NCBI GenBank assembly: GCA_965232985.1
Contig: CBDDRC010000012.1
Coordinates: 140,134-204,133, forward strand
Source: an uncultured bacterium
GTDB lineage: Bacteria; Pseudomonadota; Gammaproteobacteria; Pseudomonadales; JADFDG01
DNA: 64,000 nucleotides
Direction of reading: 5' to 3'
Position 1 is the stretch's first letter. Each line of letters starts with the position of its first letter. Below, in pieces: positions 12,671-21,465 of the stretch. The notes beneath the pieces are model-generated. The model worked only from the letters and a program-made list of their open reading frames with translations. It made no database searches and was not told the DNA's origin. The position numbers and the translations under genes are program-made.

Positions 12671-13600
12671 ATGGGCATCCTCGTCATTGCCGAACACGAC
12701 AACACATCGATCAAGCCGGCGACGCTGAATACGGTGACGGCCGCTATGAAAATCGGTGGCGACATCCACATTCTCGTTGCCGGTGCCGGTTGTGGCGCGG
12801 CGGCGCAGGCCGCTGCAAAAATCGCCGGTGTTGCCAAGGTGCTGGTTGCCGACGACGCGGCCTACGCCAACCAATTGGCCGAAAATATGGGCAAGCTGAT
12901 CGCCGGTCTGGGTGCCAACTACTCGCATGTGCTCGCGCCGGCCACTGCCAACGGCAAGAATTTTTTGCCGCGCGTTGCTGCACTGCTTGATGTGGAGCAG
13001 ATTTCGGAAATCCAGTCGGTGGAGTCTGCCGATACGTTCAAGCGCCCGATCTACGCCGGTAATGCGATTGCTACCGTGCAGTCTGCCGACAAAATCAAGG
13101 TCATCACCGTACGCCCGACCGGCTTTGACGCCGCGAAAGCCGAAGGCGGTTCGGCCACACTCGAGAACGTCGCCTCGGCCGGCAGCGCCGGTTTGTCCAC
13201 GTTCGTTGGCGAAGAGCTGGCCAAATCGGATCGCCCGGAACTGACGGCGGCGAAGATCGTCGTCTCCGGCGGGCGTGGCATGCAGAACGGCGACAACTTC
13301 AAATTGCTGTATGCGCTGGCCGACAAGCTCGGTGCCGGTGTCGGAGCTTCGCGTGCCGCCGTTGATGCGGGCTTCGTGCCGAATGACATGCAGGTCGGGC
13401 AGACCGGCAAGGTGGTCGCGCCCTCGCTGTACATCGCGGTGGGTATTTCGGGTGCGATCCAGCATCTGGCCGGCATGAAGGACTCGAAAGTCATCGTCGC
13501 CATCAACAAGGACGAAGAAGCGCCGATCTTCCAGGTCGCCGATTACGGCTTGGTGGCAGACCTCTTCCAGGCAGTGCCGGAGCTGACCGGTAAGCTCTGA
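12671..13600 (+). CDS. etfA: electron transfer flavoprotein alpha subunit
   Basis: [45 protein letters not shown]. Confidence 0.97.
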   Translation: MGILVIAEHDNTSIKPATLNTVTAAMKIGGDIHILVAGAGCGAAAQAAAKIAGVAKVLVADDAAYANQLAENMGKLIAGLGANYSHVLAPATANGKNFLPRVAALLDVEQISEIQSVESADTFKRPIYAGNAIATVQSADKIKVITVRPTGFDAAKAEGGSATLENVASAGSAGLSTFVGEELAKSDRPELTAAKIVVSGGRGMQNGDNFKLLYALADKLGAGVGASRAAVDAGFVPNDMQVGQTGKVVAPSLYIAVGISGAIQHLAGMKDSKVIVAINKDEEAPIFQVADYGLVADLFQAVPELTGKL

Positions 13601-13619
13601 GATCTGATTTGCATTGAGT

Positions 13620-13658
13620 GAAAGCAAAAACCCTGGCTTGGCCAGGGTTTTTGCTTTC
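13620..13658 (+). terminator. rho-independent terminator after etfA
   Basis: 18-bp perfect stem GAAAGCAAAAACCCTGGC-ttg-GCCAGGGTTTTTGCTTTC. Confidence 0.85.
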
Positions 13659-13748
13659 GGCTGGTCGGGTTGCTTTCGGGGATCAAGGGGTTGCGCTATA
13701 TTCCGGTACTGCCGTTGGGTCGCGTTGCGACCCCGGTGCGGGGGTGCC

Positions 13749-14393
13749 ATGAATAACAAGAATGCGTTGCCGCCACAGGCGCTTGCCGGGCTCGAGCCGT
13801 TTGGGCGTCGTGGCTTCCTGCGTACCGCCCTGATCGTCGGCACCACGGTGCTGGCCGGTTGCGCCAATCTGCTCGGGGGCTTTGGCGGCAAGAAGGCCGA
13901 GTCCGGGGTGCTGCCTGCCGTTGATACCTCGTCGGCTCCGGAGCGTGCCAACGCCGACCAGTCGTTGAGCCCTGCCGAGCGTGCCGTGTTCGAGAAGCTG
14001 GTGCGGGCGATCATGCCACTTGAAGCGCATGGTTACCTTGACGCGCAGACCATACCGGTGATGGAAAACATCGAGAATATGATTCGCGCGATGCCTCCCC
14101 AGCTTCGTGATCGGCTCAATCTTGCGCTCACCGCCTTTGACGCTGCCGCCATTCTGGTCAGTTTCAAGTTCCGGCGTTTTTCAGTGCTGTCTGATACCGA
14201 AGCGCTTGCCTATATCAATTCCTGGCATGAGGGTACCTTCATCCAGCGTGGGGCCATGACCAGCCTCAAGGTAATCGTGTGTGTGAACTACTGGCGCGAT
14301 CAGCGTGCGGCAGTGAAGATCGATTACGACGGCCCAGTTACCGAAAAGTGGGGTGTGCCGCGATTGGGTAACCAGTTGCTGCCGCGCGCCTAG
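13749..14393 (+). CDS. Tat-exported lipoprotein, probable small partner subunit of the downstream GMC oxidoreductase
   Basis: GRRGFLR twin-arginine motif, hydrophobic stretch, LAGC lipobox; C-terminal YW..IDYDGP resembles gluconate 2-dehydrogenase subunit-3-like proteins. Confidence 0.7.
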   Translation: MNNKNALPPQALAGLEPFGRRGFLRTALIVGTTVLAGCANLLGGFGGKKAESGVLPAVDTSSAPERANADQSLSPAERAVFEKLVRAIMPLEAHGYLDAQTIPVMENIENMIRAMPPQLRDRLNLALTAFDAAAILVSFKFRRFSVLSDTEALAYINSWHEGTFIQRGAMTSLKVIVCVNYWRDQRAAVKIDYDGPVTEKWGVPRLGNQLLPRA

Positions 14394-14415
14394 GTGTTGT
14401 AATACCATTTTTCGC

Positions 14416-14444
14416 AACAAGAATAATAAAGAACAAGAAGAAGA
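14416..14444 (+). promoter_or_regulatory. A-rich (AAN)n tract at the translation start, Hfq/Crc-type binding motif
   Basis: AACAAGAATAATAAAGAACAAGAAGAAGA ending 3 nt before ATG 14448. Confidence 0.45.
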
Positions 14445-14447
14445 CCC

Positions 14448-16070
14448 ATGACCTCGACACGGCTCCTGTTCAAGGAAGTTCCCCGCGACGGCATTCCGGT
14501 CACTACCAGCAAAGACATTGCCGCCGATCCGACCCGTGGTGGTGCGGTGGTGCGGGTGTCTGCTGACGTGGTGGTAGTTGGTTCGGGTTCCGGTGGTGCC
14601 GTGATGGCCTACGAGCTTGCGCGTACCGGCAAGCGTGTCGTGGTCCTGGAAGCAGGCCCTTATGTGCCGAGCTCAATGTTCAACGAGAATTTCTCCGATG
14701 CATTGGGTCGTATGTATGTATCAGAGGGCGCGCAGGCCAACACTTGGGGAGATCTGCTGGTCGAGCAGGGCGGTTGCATTGGTGGGTCCTCCAACATCGG
14801 CGCCACCATTTCCCAGCGTGCACCGGCCTGGAAATTTGCCGAGTGGGCTGATCGTTTCAATATCAAGGAAATCAGCGCAAAGGCGCTGGAACCGCACTAT
14901 GAAAAACTCGAACGACGCCTTTATGTGCATGATAACGAAGCGCACGAAATCAACGAATGTGCCAACAAGATTGTGCAGGGCTGCGAGCGTTTGGGGTACG
15001 AGTGGAAGCCGGCTCGACGCAATGTAAAACAGTGTGCGCTCACCGGTTTTTGCCTGGCAGGTTGCCCTTCCGATCGCAAGATGTCGATGTTGGTAACCTA
15101 TCTGCCATGGGCAATTGCCGAGGGCGCAAAGCTCTATGCCGATACGCGGGTGACGCGGGTGCGCACAGTCAATAGCCGCGCAACGGGTGTTGATGCTGAA
15201 GTAATCGACCGTGAGAGTGGCCGCAAGGTTGCCAATCTGCGGGTCGATGCGCAGATCGTGGTGCTGGCATCAGGTGCACTGCAAACACCGCAGATACTGC
15301 AACGCTCGAACTATCCGGATTATGGCGATCAGGTCGGGCGTAATTTTGCCGGCCATCCGATGGTGCAGGTGGTTGGGAAATTTCCGGAACCTGTGTATGG
15401 CTGGCGTGGTGCGCTCACTGGCGTCGTCATCGAGCAGTTTCTTGAGCCGGCCCAGGGCGGCTACATGTTTTACTCGGGTCTGTCCGGCCCGGAGCAGGTG
15501 TTGACAGCGCATGAACACGGTTCTGGCGAGGAACACATCGCCTTCATGCGCGACTTCAAAATGTACTCGGGTCTCAACGCCTTTGTGCAGGACGACAATC
15601 ATGGCCGTATTCGTTGGGTGGATAAGGGCAATGGCCAGGGCGAGCAGCGTATCCAGTGGCAGCTTTCCCGCGAGGATGTTGAGAATCTCAAGAAGGCGTC
15701 GGCCATTGCTGCACGCATCTACTTTGCGGCCGGTGCGCAAAAGGTCTACCTGCCGACATTCCAGAAGCTCGCCGCCAACAGCGTGTTTGAGCTTGATGAT
15801 CTGATCAAGAAGATCGAGTACGGTGTGCAGGGGATGTTCACGTTCCGCACCATGTCCATACACCCGCAGGGTACGGCGCGCCTAGGCGCTGATCCGCAGT
15901 ACTCCGTGGTCAAGCCAACCGGTGAGACACACGAAATTTCCGGATTGTTCATCGCCGATGCCAGCCTGATTCCGTCGGGCCTGGTGGTCTCGCCGCAGAT
16001 GACCGTGCATGCGCTGGCGAGTTACATCGCCGAGCACATCAACAGCAACGAGCGTAATTACTTCGTCTGA
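14448..16070 (+). CDS. GMC family FAD oxidoreductase
   Basis: VGSGSGGA FAD motif, GGCIGGSS, CALTGFCLAGC, HPQGTARLG, ADASLIP; no signal peptide. Confidence 0.9.
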   Translation: MTSTRLLFKEVPRDGIPVTTSKDIAADPTRGGAVVRVSADVVVVGSGSGGAVMAYELARTGKRVVVLEAGPYVPSSMFNENFSDALGRMYVSEGAQANTWGDLLVEQGGCIGGSSNIGATISQRAPAWKFAEWADRFNIKEISAKALEPHYEKLERRLYVHDNEAHEINECANKIVQGCERLGYEWKPARRNVKQCALTGFCLAGCPSDRKMSMLVTYLPWAIAEGAKLYADTRVTRVRTVNSRATGVDAEVIDRESGRKVANLRVDAQIVVLASGALQTPQILQRSNYPDYGDQVGRNFAGHPMVQVVGKFPEPVYGWRGALTGVVIEQFLEPAQGGYMFYSGLSGPEQVLTAHEHGSGEEHIAFMRDFKMYSGLNAFVQDDNHGRIRWVDKGNGQGEQRIQWQLSREDVENLKKASAIAARIYFAAGAQKVYLPTFQKLAANSVFELDDLIKKIEYGVQGMFTFRTMSIHPQGTARLGADPQYSVVKPTGETHEISGLFIADASLIPSGLVVSPQMTVHALASYIAEHINSNERNYFV

Positions 16071-17920
16071 TTTTGTATCGGCGCACTTGGGCCGGGCTGA
16101 TTCGCAGCCGTTGTTGAGGCGTTTGCCGCCGGAAAGAGCCACTGCAGCAAGTGCTCCAGATCAACAAGACGTGCCGGCTTGGCGAGGAAGCTGCTCATGC
16201 CCGCGGCCTCTGCGGCGGCGCGGTGTTCCGGCAGGACATTGGCGCTGAGCGCGACGATTTTTGCTTTGCCACCGGCCTTGCGGATTTCCTGGGCTGCTTC
16301 AATGCCGCTCATCTGCGGCATCTGCAAATCCATCAGCACCAGATCGTAATGATCGCCGCGCGCGCGGGCGACGCCCTCGCGACCATCGGTGGCGATATCA
16401 ACCCGGTGGCCGAGCGATTCCAGCATGCGCCGCGTCACCATCTGGTTCACCGGGTTGTCCTCGACGACCAGAATGTGCAGGTTCTGGCGCGACCGATCCG
16501 TTACGGCGTTGGGGATCATGGCTGTCGTGCTTGCGGGGTCGGGAAGTTTTAGCGGCAGATGCAGCATGAACTCGGTGCCTTGGCCGGGCACGCTGCGTAC
16601 AGTGATATCGCCTTGCATCAATTCGACGAGTCGGCGGGTGATGGCCAGCCCGAGGCCGGCACCGCCATAGGCACGCATGATTGAACTGTCTACCTGCGAG
16701 AACGGCTGATAGATCGCATCGATTTTTTCCGGTGCGATGCCGATGCCGGTGTCGCGCACGCGGATGACGATTTCGCTGCGGTCGGTGATATCGATATCGA
16801 GCGTGACCTCACCTTCATGAGTGAACTTGATTGCATTCTTCAAGAGATTGGCAAGAATCTGCGAGTAGCGCGTGCGGTCGCCGAGGATACGCAATGGCAG
16901 ATCGTCACCGAAATAGACATCAATCGTCACGCCTGCATGAATATCCGTGCGCAGCATGGTAATCATCTGTGTGGCAAGTTCGCGCAGATCAAACGCAGAT
17001 TCGGTGAGCGGAATGGATTCGGCTTCGATATTGGAAAAATCGAGCACATCGTCAATGATACGCAGCAGATTGTTGCCATTATCGCGGATCAGATTGACGT
17101 ACTCGCGCTGGGTATCGTCGAGGCGGGAGCTGCCGAGAAGGTCGGCGACGCCGATGACGCCGTTCAAGGGCGTGCGCAGTTCGTGGCTCATCACGGCGAG
17201 GAAATCGCTTTTGGCGCGTGTTGCGCGTTCGGCGGTATCGCGTGCCTGGCGTAGATCCTCGACGGTGCGACGCTGGTTTGCATAAAGCCAGATCAGGCTG
17301 CCGTACAGCGTCAGCAGCAACAGCAACGTTGCCCTTACTGCCCATTCGTAGCGCTGCTGTTGCACGGCAAGACGGGTGTAGACATCGAACACGGTGCGCT
17401 CATGGCGGGCCTGCAGTTCGCGGAAAGTGATGTAGAGCACATCGAGACGATCCGGTATCAATGTCATGCTCGGCAGCGGCTTTTGCGCTGCCAGTGAGGC
17501 GGCAGCGGCATTGATGGCGACATCAAGCATTTCAATGGTGTTGATCTGCTCGGCAACATTGAGTGGCTCGAGCAGCTGCGCCCGGGTACCGGGCGCCAGC
17601 CACATGCCTTCGCGCAACAAGCCGAGGCTGGCATTGAGCACATCGCTGGCGTGATGCATCAAGTCGACGTCGTGTTTCTGTATCGCGATCTCGACGGCTC
17701 GACGTGCCTGAACCATCGACAGCGCAGATTTTTGCAGTACCGAATTTGACTGGTAAAAGTTGAATTGAGTCTGAATCAGCATGTTGCTGGTGCTGGAGAG
17801 CCCCAGATGCAGAATGAACAGCACGACGATCAACGGAATGCCGAGCATCACCTGAATGCGGGCGATGCGCCGCAGCAGGCGACGCCAGAGGGAATCGTTA
17901 ATGCGCATTGAACTCGACAT
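16058..17920 (-). CDS. hybrid sensor histidine kinase / response regulator
   Basis: two TM helices flanking a periplasmic region, MSHELRTPLNG H-box, NLLKNAIKFT, DTGIGI, GAGLGLAI, receiver LMDLQMP; start may be 17908. Confidence 0.93.
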   Translation of the reverse strand: MSSSMRINDSLWRRLLRRIARIQVMLGIPLIVVLFILHLGLSSTSNMLIQTQFNFYQSNSVLQKSALSMVQARRAVEIAIQKHDVDLMHHASDVLNASLGLLREGMWLAPGTRAQLLEPLNVAEQINTIEMLDVAINAAAASLAAQKPLPSMTLIPDRLDVLYITFRELQARHERTVFDVYTRLAVQQQRYEWAVRATLLLLLTLYGSLIWLYANQRRTVEDLRQARDTAERATRAKSDFLAVMSHELRTPLNGVIGVADLLGSSRLDDTQREYVNLIRDNGNNLLRIIDDVLDFSNIEAESIPLTESAFDLRELATQMITMLRTDIHAGVTIDVYFGDDLPLRILGDRTRYSQILANLLKNAIKFTHEGEVTLDIDITDRSEIVIRVRDTGIGIAPEKIDAIYQPFSQVDSSIMRAYGGAGLGLAITRRLVELMQGDITVRSVPGQGTEFMLHLPLKLPDPASTTAMIPNAVTDRSRQNLHILVVEDNPVNQMVTRRMLESLGHRVDIATDGREGVARARGDHYDLVLMDLQMPQMSGIEAAQEIRKAGGKAKIVALSANVLPEHRAAAEAAGMSSFLAKPARLVDLEHLLQWLFPAANASTTAANQPGPSAPIQNQTK

Positions 17921-18443
17921 CGATCACCTGCCAAATCCACTTTGGTGCATGCACCTGCATCCGCAGTTCATTTTCCCTGGTTTGTCGATAGATGATGCGT
18001 GCCGGCCCCTTATTGGCAACGCTCATGCGCGCGCCTTCGTTGCGGGTGGCCAGCAGAATTGGCAGCTTCTCCCACTCGCCGCGCTCGAACACCACGATGT
18101 AGTCGTTGATGGCGCGCATCCGTACCCGCTGGGCGTTCGGTGCCAGGGCGTTGACCAGATCCCGCAGCGCAATGCCCTGGTAATGGGTTTCGCTGCCACT
18201 GTAGGGATCGTCGATCACCCACTCGGTTGCGGGGGCGAGCGCATCGAGTTCATCGATCGACAGTGCCTGTTCCTTGCCGCTGAGTGCGCTGCCGTGCAGA
18301 TGGATACGCGGCAGGCGGGCAGGCTGGGCCGTGGCCGCAATGGCTGGTGGTGCGGCCACTGTGCGCGCAGTAGCCGGCCCGGAGCCGGCGGCAATGGCCG
18401 GCAGGCTGGCGAGGGCAAGCAGGAAAATAAGGTCAGGTCGCAT
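17898..18443 (-). CDS. secreted sulfite-oxidase/molybdopterin-domain-like protein, PruR-like
   Basis: signal peptide, then G..LRDL, AINDY, KGPARIIY, WIWQV; no Cys; overlaps the kinase start. Confidence 0.7.
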   Translation of the reverse strand: MRPDLIFLLALASLPAIAAGSGPATARTVAAPPAIAATAQPARLPRIHLHGSALSGKEQALSIDELDALAPATEWVIDDPYSGSETHYQGIALRDLVNALAPNAQRVRMRAINDYIVVFERGEWEKLPILLATRNEGARMSVANKGPARIIYRQTRENELRMQVHAPKWIWQVIDVEFNAH

Positions 18444-18607
18444 GCGTGTTGTTCTTGTTTTGCATCTCGCTGGTCTGGCATGAAGATACCAGAAGGTACT
18501 CGCCTGTGGCGCGTTGCCTTGTGGCAGGGCTCGCAGAGGCGGCTGCCTGCTGCCGGCAGACCACGGTAGAGTACGGGGACTTGTCACGGGACTGCCAGGA
18601 GCGACAT

Positions 18608-19360
18608 ATGAAGGTAATTGGGTTTCTCAGCAATATGGCCGCGAGCAGCGTTAGTCTGGGGCGCGGCGTCGCCTGCAACCCGGCAGCACGCAAGCCGGCA
18701 TTGGCATTGCTGCTGTACGACATGGAGGGCTGCCCGTTTTGCCGCATCGTGCGTGAAGCACTCACGGCGCTTGACCTCGACGCGATGATCCAGCCGTGCC
18801 CGCGCGGTGGCCGACGTTTTCGGCCGCAGGTACGTGAGATGGGCGGCAAGGAACAGTTCCCCTATCTGGTTGATCCGAATACCGGCGTGTCGCTGTATGA
18901 GAGTACGGACATCATCGATTATCTCTACACGACATATGGCGGCCGTGCCGTGCTGTCGCCGCTGCAACTGAAACTGGTCAACTTGCCGACATCGTTTGCT
19001 GCTTCCGTGCTGCGTGCCGGCAGCGGCTTGCGGAAACGCCCGGCGAGCGTGCCGGACGAGCCGCTGGAATTATGGAGCTTCGAAGGCAGCCCGTTTGCGC
19101 GGCCGGTGCGTGAGCGGTTATGCGAAATGGAAATTCCGTATCTGCTGCACAATGTCGGCCGCACGGTCTGGCAGGACTGGGTGCCACCGCCGGTGCGCAC
19201 ACGACTGATTCCCGATTACCAGCCGACCGAACACAACCGTGTCGAATTGCTCGCCCATGCCGGCCATGTTCAGGTGCCATACCTTTACGATCCGAACACC
19301 GATTACGGGTTGTTCGAATCTGCAGATATCCTCGCGTATCTGGACGAAGTGTACGGCTGA
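18608..19360 (+). CDS. tandem glutaredoxin/GST-N-domain protein
   Basis: domain 1: EGCPFCR...QFPYLVDPNT..LYESTDI; domain 2: EGSPFAR...QVPYLYDPNT..LFESADI. Confidence 0.85.
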   Translation: MKVIGFLSNMAASSVSLGRGVACNPAARKPALALLLYDMEGCPFCRIVREALTALDLDAMIQPCPRGGRRFRPQVREMGGKEQFPYLVDPNTGVSLYESTDIIDYLYTTYGGRAVLSPLQLKLVNLPTSFAASVLRAGSGLRKRPASVPDEPLELWSFEGSPFARPVRERLCEMEIPYLLHNVGRTVWQDWVPPPVRTRLIPDYQPTEHNRVELLAHAGHVQVPYLYDPNTDYGLFESADILAYLDEVYG

Positions 19361-19443
19361 GTTGTTGCGTATTGCGGCGGGTATTTTCCGTGTATGTGTG
19401 GGAGCCTGTCTCGTCTGGATGATTTCCGGTGCAGGCGGCAGGC

Positions 19444-21444
19444 TCATTCGGCAAGATCGGGAATTCCCCGGAAATATGTCAGCGACTGCGGATTGGCCAG
19501 CGCATCGGTATTTTTCACCGGTTCGTTGTGGATGACATTGCGTACTGCCAGCTCCACGAGCTTGCCACTGAGTGTGCGGGGTATTTCCGGTACCTGCACG
19601 ATCTTCGCCGGCACGTGGCGCGGCGTGGTATTGGCTCTGATGGTGTTGCGGATTTTTTCCCGCAGGTTGTCGTCCAGCATGATGCCTGGCCGCATGACCA
19701 CGAACAGGACAACCCGCTCGTCGCCCTGCCACTGCTGGCTGCAGGCGATCGCTTCGACTACTTCCTCGACCTTCTCGACTTGCCGATAAATTTCGGCGGT
19801 GCCGATCCGCACGCCACCGGGATTGAGTACGGCATCGGAGCGGCCATGGATGATCACGCCGTCGTGGGTTGCGTGCGCACACAATTCACCGTAGTCGCCC
19901 TGTGCCCAGATGCCCTGTGGAAAGCGTTTGCTATCGAAGCGGGAAAAATAGGCCCTGGTGTAATTGGCGCCGTCCGGATCATTCCAGAAAAATACCGGCA
20001 TCGAGGGAAACGCAGCGCGGCAGACCAACTCGCCCTTGCCGGTGGCGAGGTGGGCGCCGTCGTCGTCGACGATGTCGACGTCCATGCCCAGGCCGATGCA
20101 CTGCAGTTCGCCGCGCCGGACCGGCAGGGTCGGATTGCCGGCCACAAAGCAACTGACGATGTCGGTGCCGCCAGAAATTGATGACAGGCAGACGTCCGTT
20201 TTGATGTCGCGGTAAACGTAGTCGAAATTTTCGTGCAGCAGCGGTGAGCCTGTGGAGAGGATGGTGCGCAGCTTTCCAAGCGCATGTGTTGCCCGCGGTT
20301 TGGTGCCGGATTTTTCCAGCGCAGCGATATACTTTGCGCTGGTGCCGAAGATCGTGATGCCTTCGGCTTCTGCCATATCCCACAGCACCGACGACGTGGG
20401 CGCGAATGGCGAGCCGTCGTAGAGCACGACAGTGGCGCCGGTCATAAGCCCGGACACCAGCCAGTTCCACATCATCCAGCCACAGGTCGTGTAGTAGAAG
20501 AATACGTCGTACTCGTGCAGATCTGTATGTAGAAATAATTCCTTGGCATGCTGCAACAATGTGCCGCCGGCGCCATGCACGATGCATTTCGGCACGCCAG
20601 TGGTGCCGGACGAATACAGGATATAAAGGGGATGCCCGAAAGCCAGTTGCGTGAAGGCAAGTGGTGTAGCGGGCGCGTCAGCGAGGTATTCGTGGTAATG
20701 CACAGCGCTGACACCGCGTTGGGCGTCGGCGAGGCCATCAAGCACCGGCATGGCATCGCGATATGCCACCACGACGATTTTTTCGAGCGATGGCAGTTGC
20801 GCGCAAATTTCCCGCAGCCGTTGCAGGGTATCGATTTCCTTACCGTTGTACAGGTAACCGTCGGCACAGAAGAGCATGCGTGGTGCAATCTGACCGAAGC
20901 GGTCGAGCACGCCGTTGCTGCCAAAATCCGGTGAGCAGGATGACCAGATGGCACCGAGGCTGGTAGTTGCCAGCATGGCAACCACGGCTTCGGCGATGTT
21001 CGGCATGAAGCCGGCAATGCGATCGCCTGGCTGGATACCGTGCGTGCGCAACTGCGCGGCGAGCCGGCGTACCGCCTCGCGCAACTGGTCGTGCGTGAGC
21101 GTGCAGTGGCGGCCCTGTTCGTGACGGCTGATCAGGGCGAGCCTGTCACCGCCATGCCGCAACAGGTTCTCGGCGAAATTCAGGCGCGCGCCTGGGAACC
21201 ACTGTTGCTCGCGCAGTTTGCTGCTTTTGTTGCAGATAGCTGTGGGTGGCATACCGGCGATGATGCCGGCATCGGCCCATATTGCCTGCCAAAACGCATC
21301 AGGATGGTCGCAGCTCCAGCGATGGAAAGCGCGATAGTCGGGAAAGCGTACCCCTGCGGTTGCTTCGATCTGGCGCTGTAACTGCGTGATGCGGCTGGCG
21401 GCGATGCGGGTGGCCGCAGGTTGCCAAAGGACGGGATTATTCAT
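19444..21444 (-). CDS. acetoacetate--CoA ligase
   Basis: WFPGARLNFAENLL, YSSGTTGVPKCIVH, CGWMMWNWL, SISGGTD, GRSDAVLNPGGVRIGTAEIY. Confidence 0.94.
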   Translation of the reverse strand: MNNPVLWQPAATRIAASRITQLQRQIEATAGVRFPDYRAFHRWSCDHPDAFWQAIWADAGIIAGMPPTAICNKSSKLREQQWFPGARLNFAENLLRHGGDRLALISRHEQGRHCTLTHDQLREAVRRLAAQLRTHGIQPGDRIAGFMPNIAEAVVAMLATTSLGAIWSSCSPDFGSNGVLDRFGQIAPRMLFCADGYLYNGKEIDTLQRLREICAQLPSLEKIVVVAYRDAMPVLDGLADAQRGVSAVHYHEYLADAPATPLAFTQLAFGHPLYILYSSGTTGVPKCIVHGAGGTLLQHAKELFLHTDLHEYDVFFYYTTCGWMMWNWLVSGLMTGATVVLYDGSPFAPTSSVLWDMAEAEGITIFGTSAKYIAALEKSGTKPRATHALGKLRTILSTGSPLLHENFDYVYRDIKTDVCLSSISGGTDIVSCFVAGNPTLPVRRGELQCIGLGMDVDIVDDDGAHLATGKGELVCRAAFPSMPVFFWNDPDGANYTRAYFSRFDSKRFPQGIWAQGDYGELCAHATHDGVIIHGRSDAVLNPGGVRIGTAEIYRQVEKVEEVVEAIACSQQWQGDERVVLFVVMRPGIMLDDNLREKIRNTIRANTTPRHVPAKIVQVPEIPRTLSGKLVELAVRNVIHNEPVKNTDALANPQSLTYFRGIPDLAE

Positions 21445-21465
21445 CGGTCGATCGTCAAGGATCTC

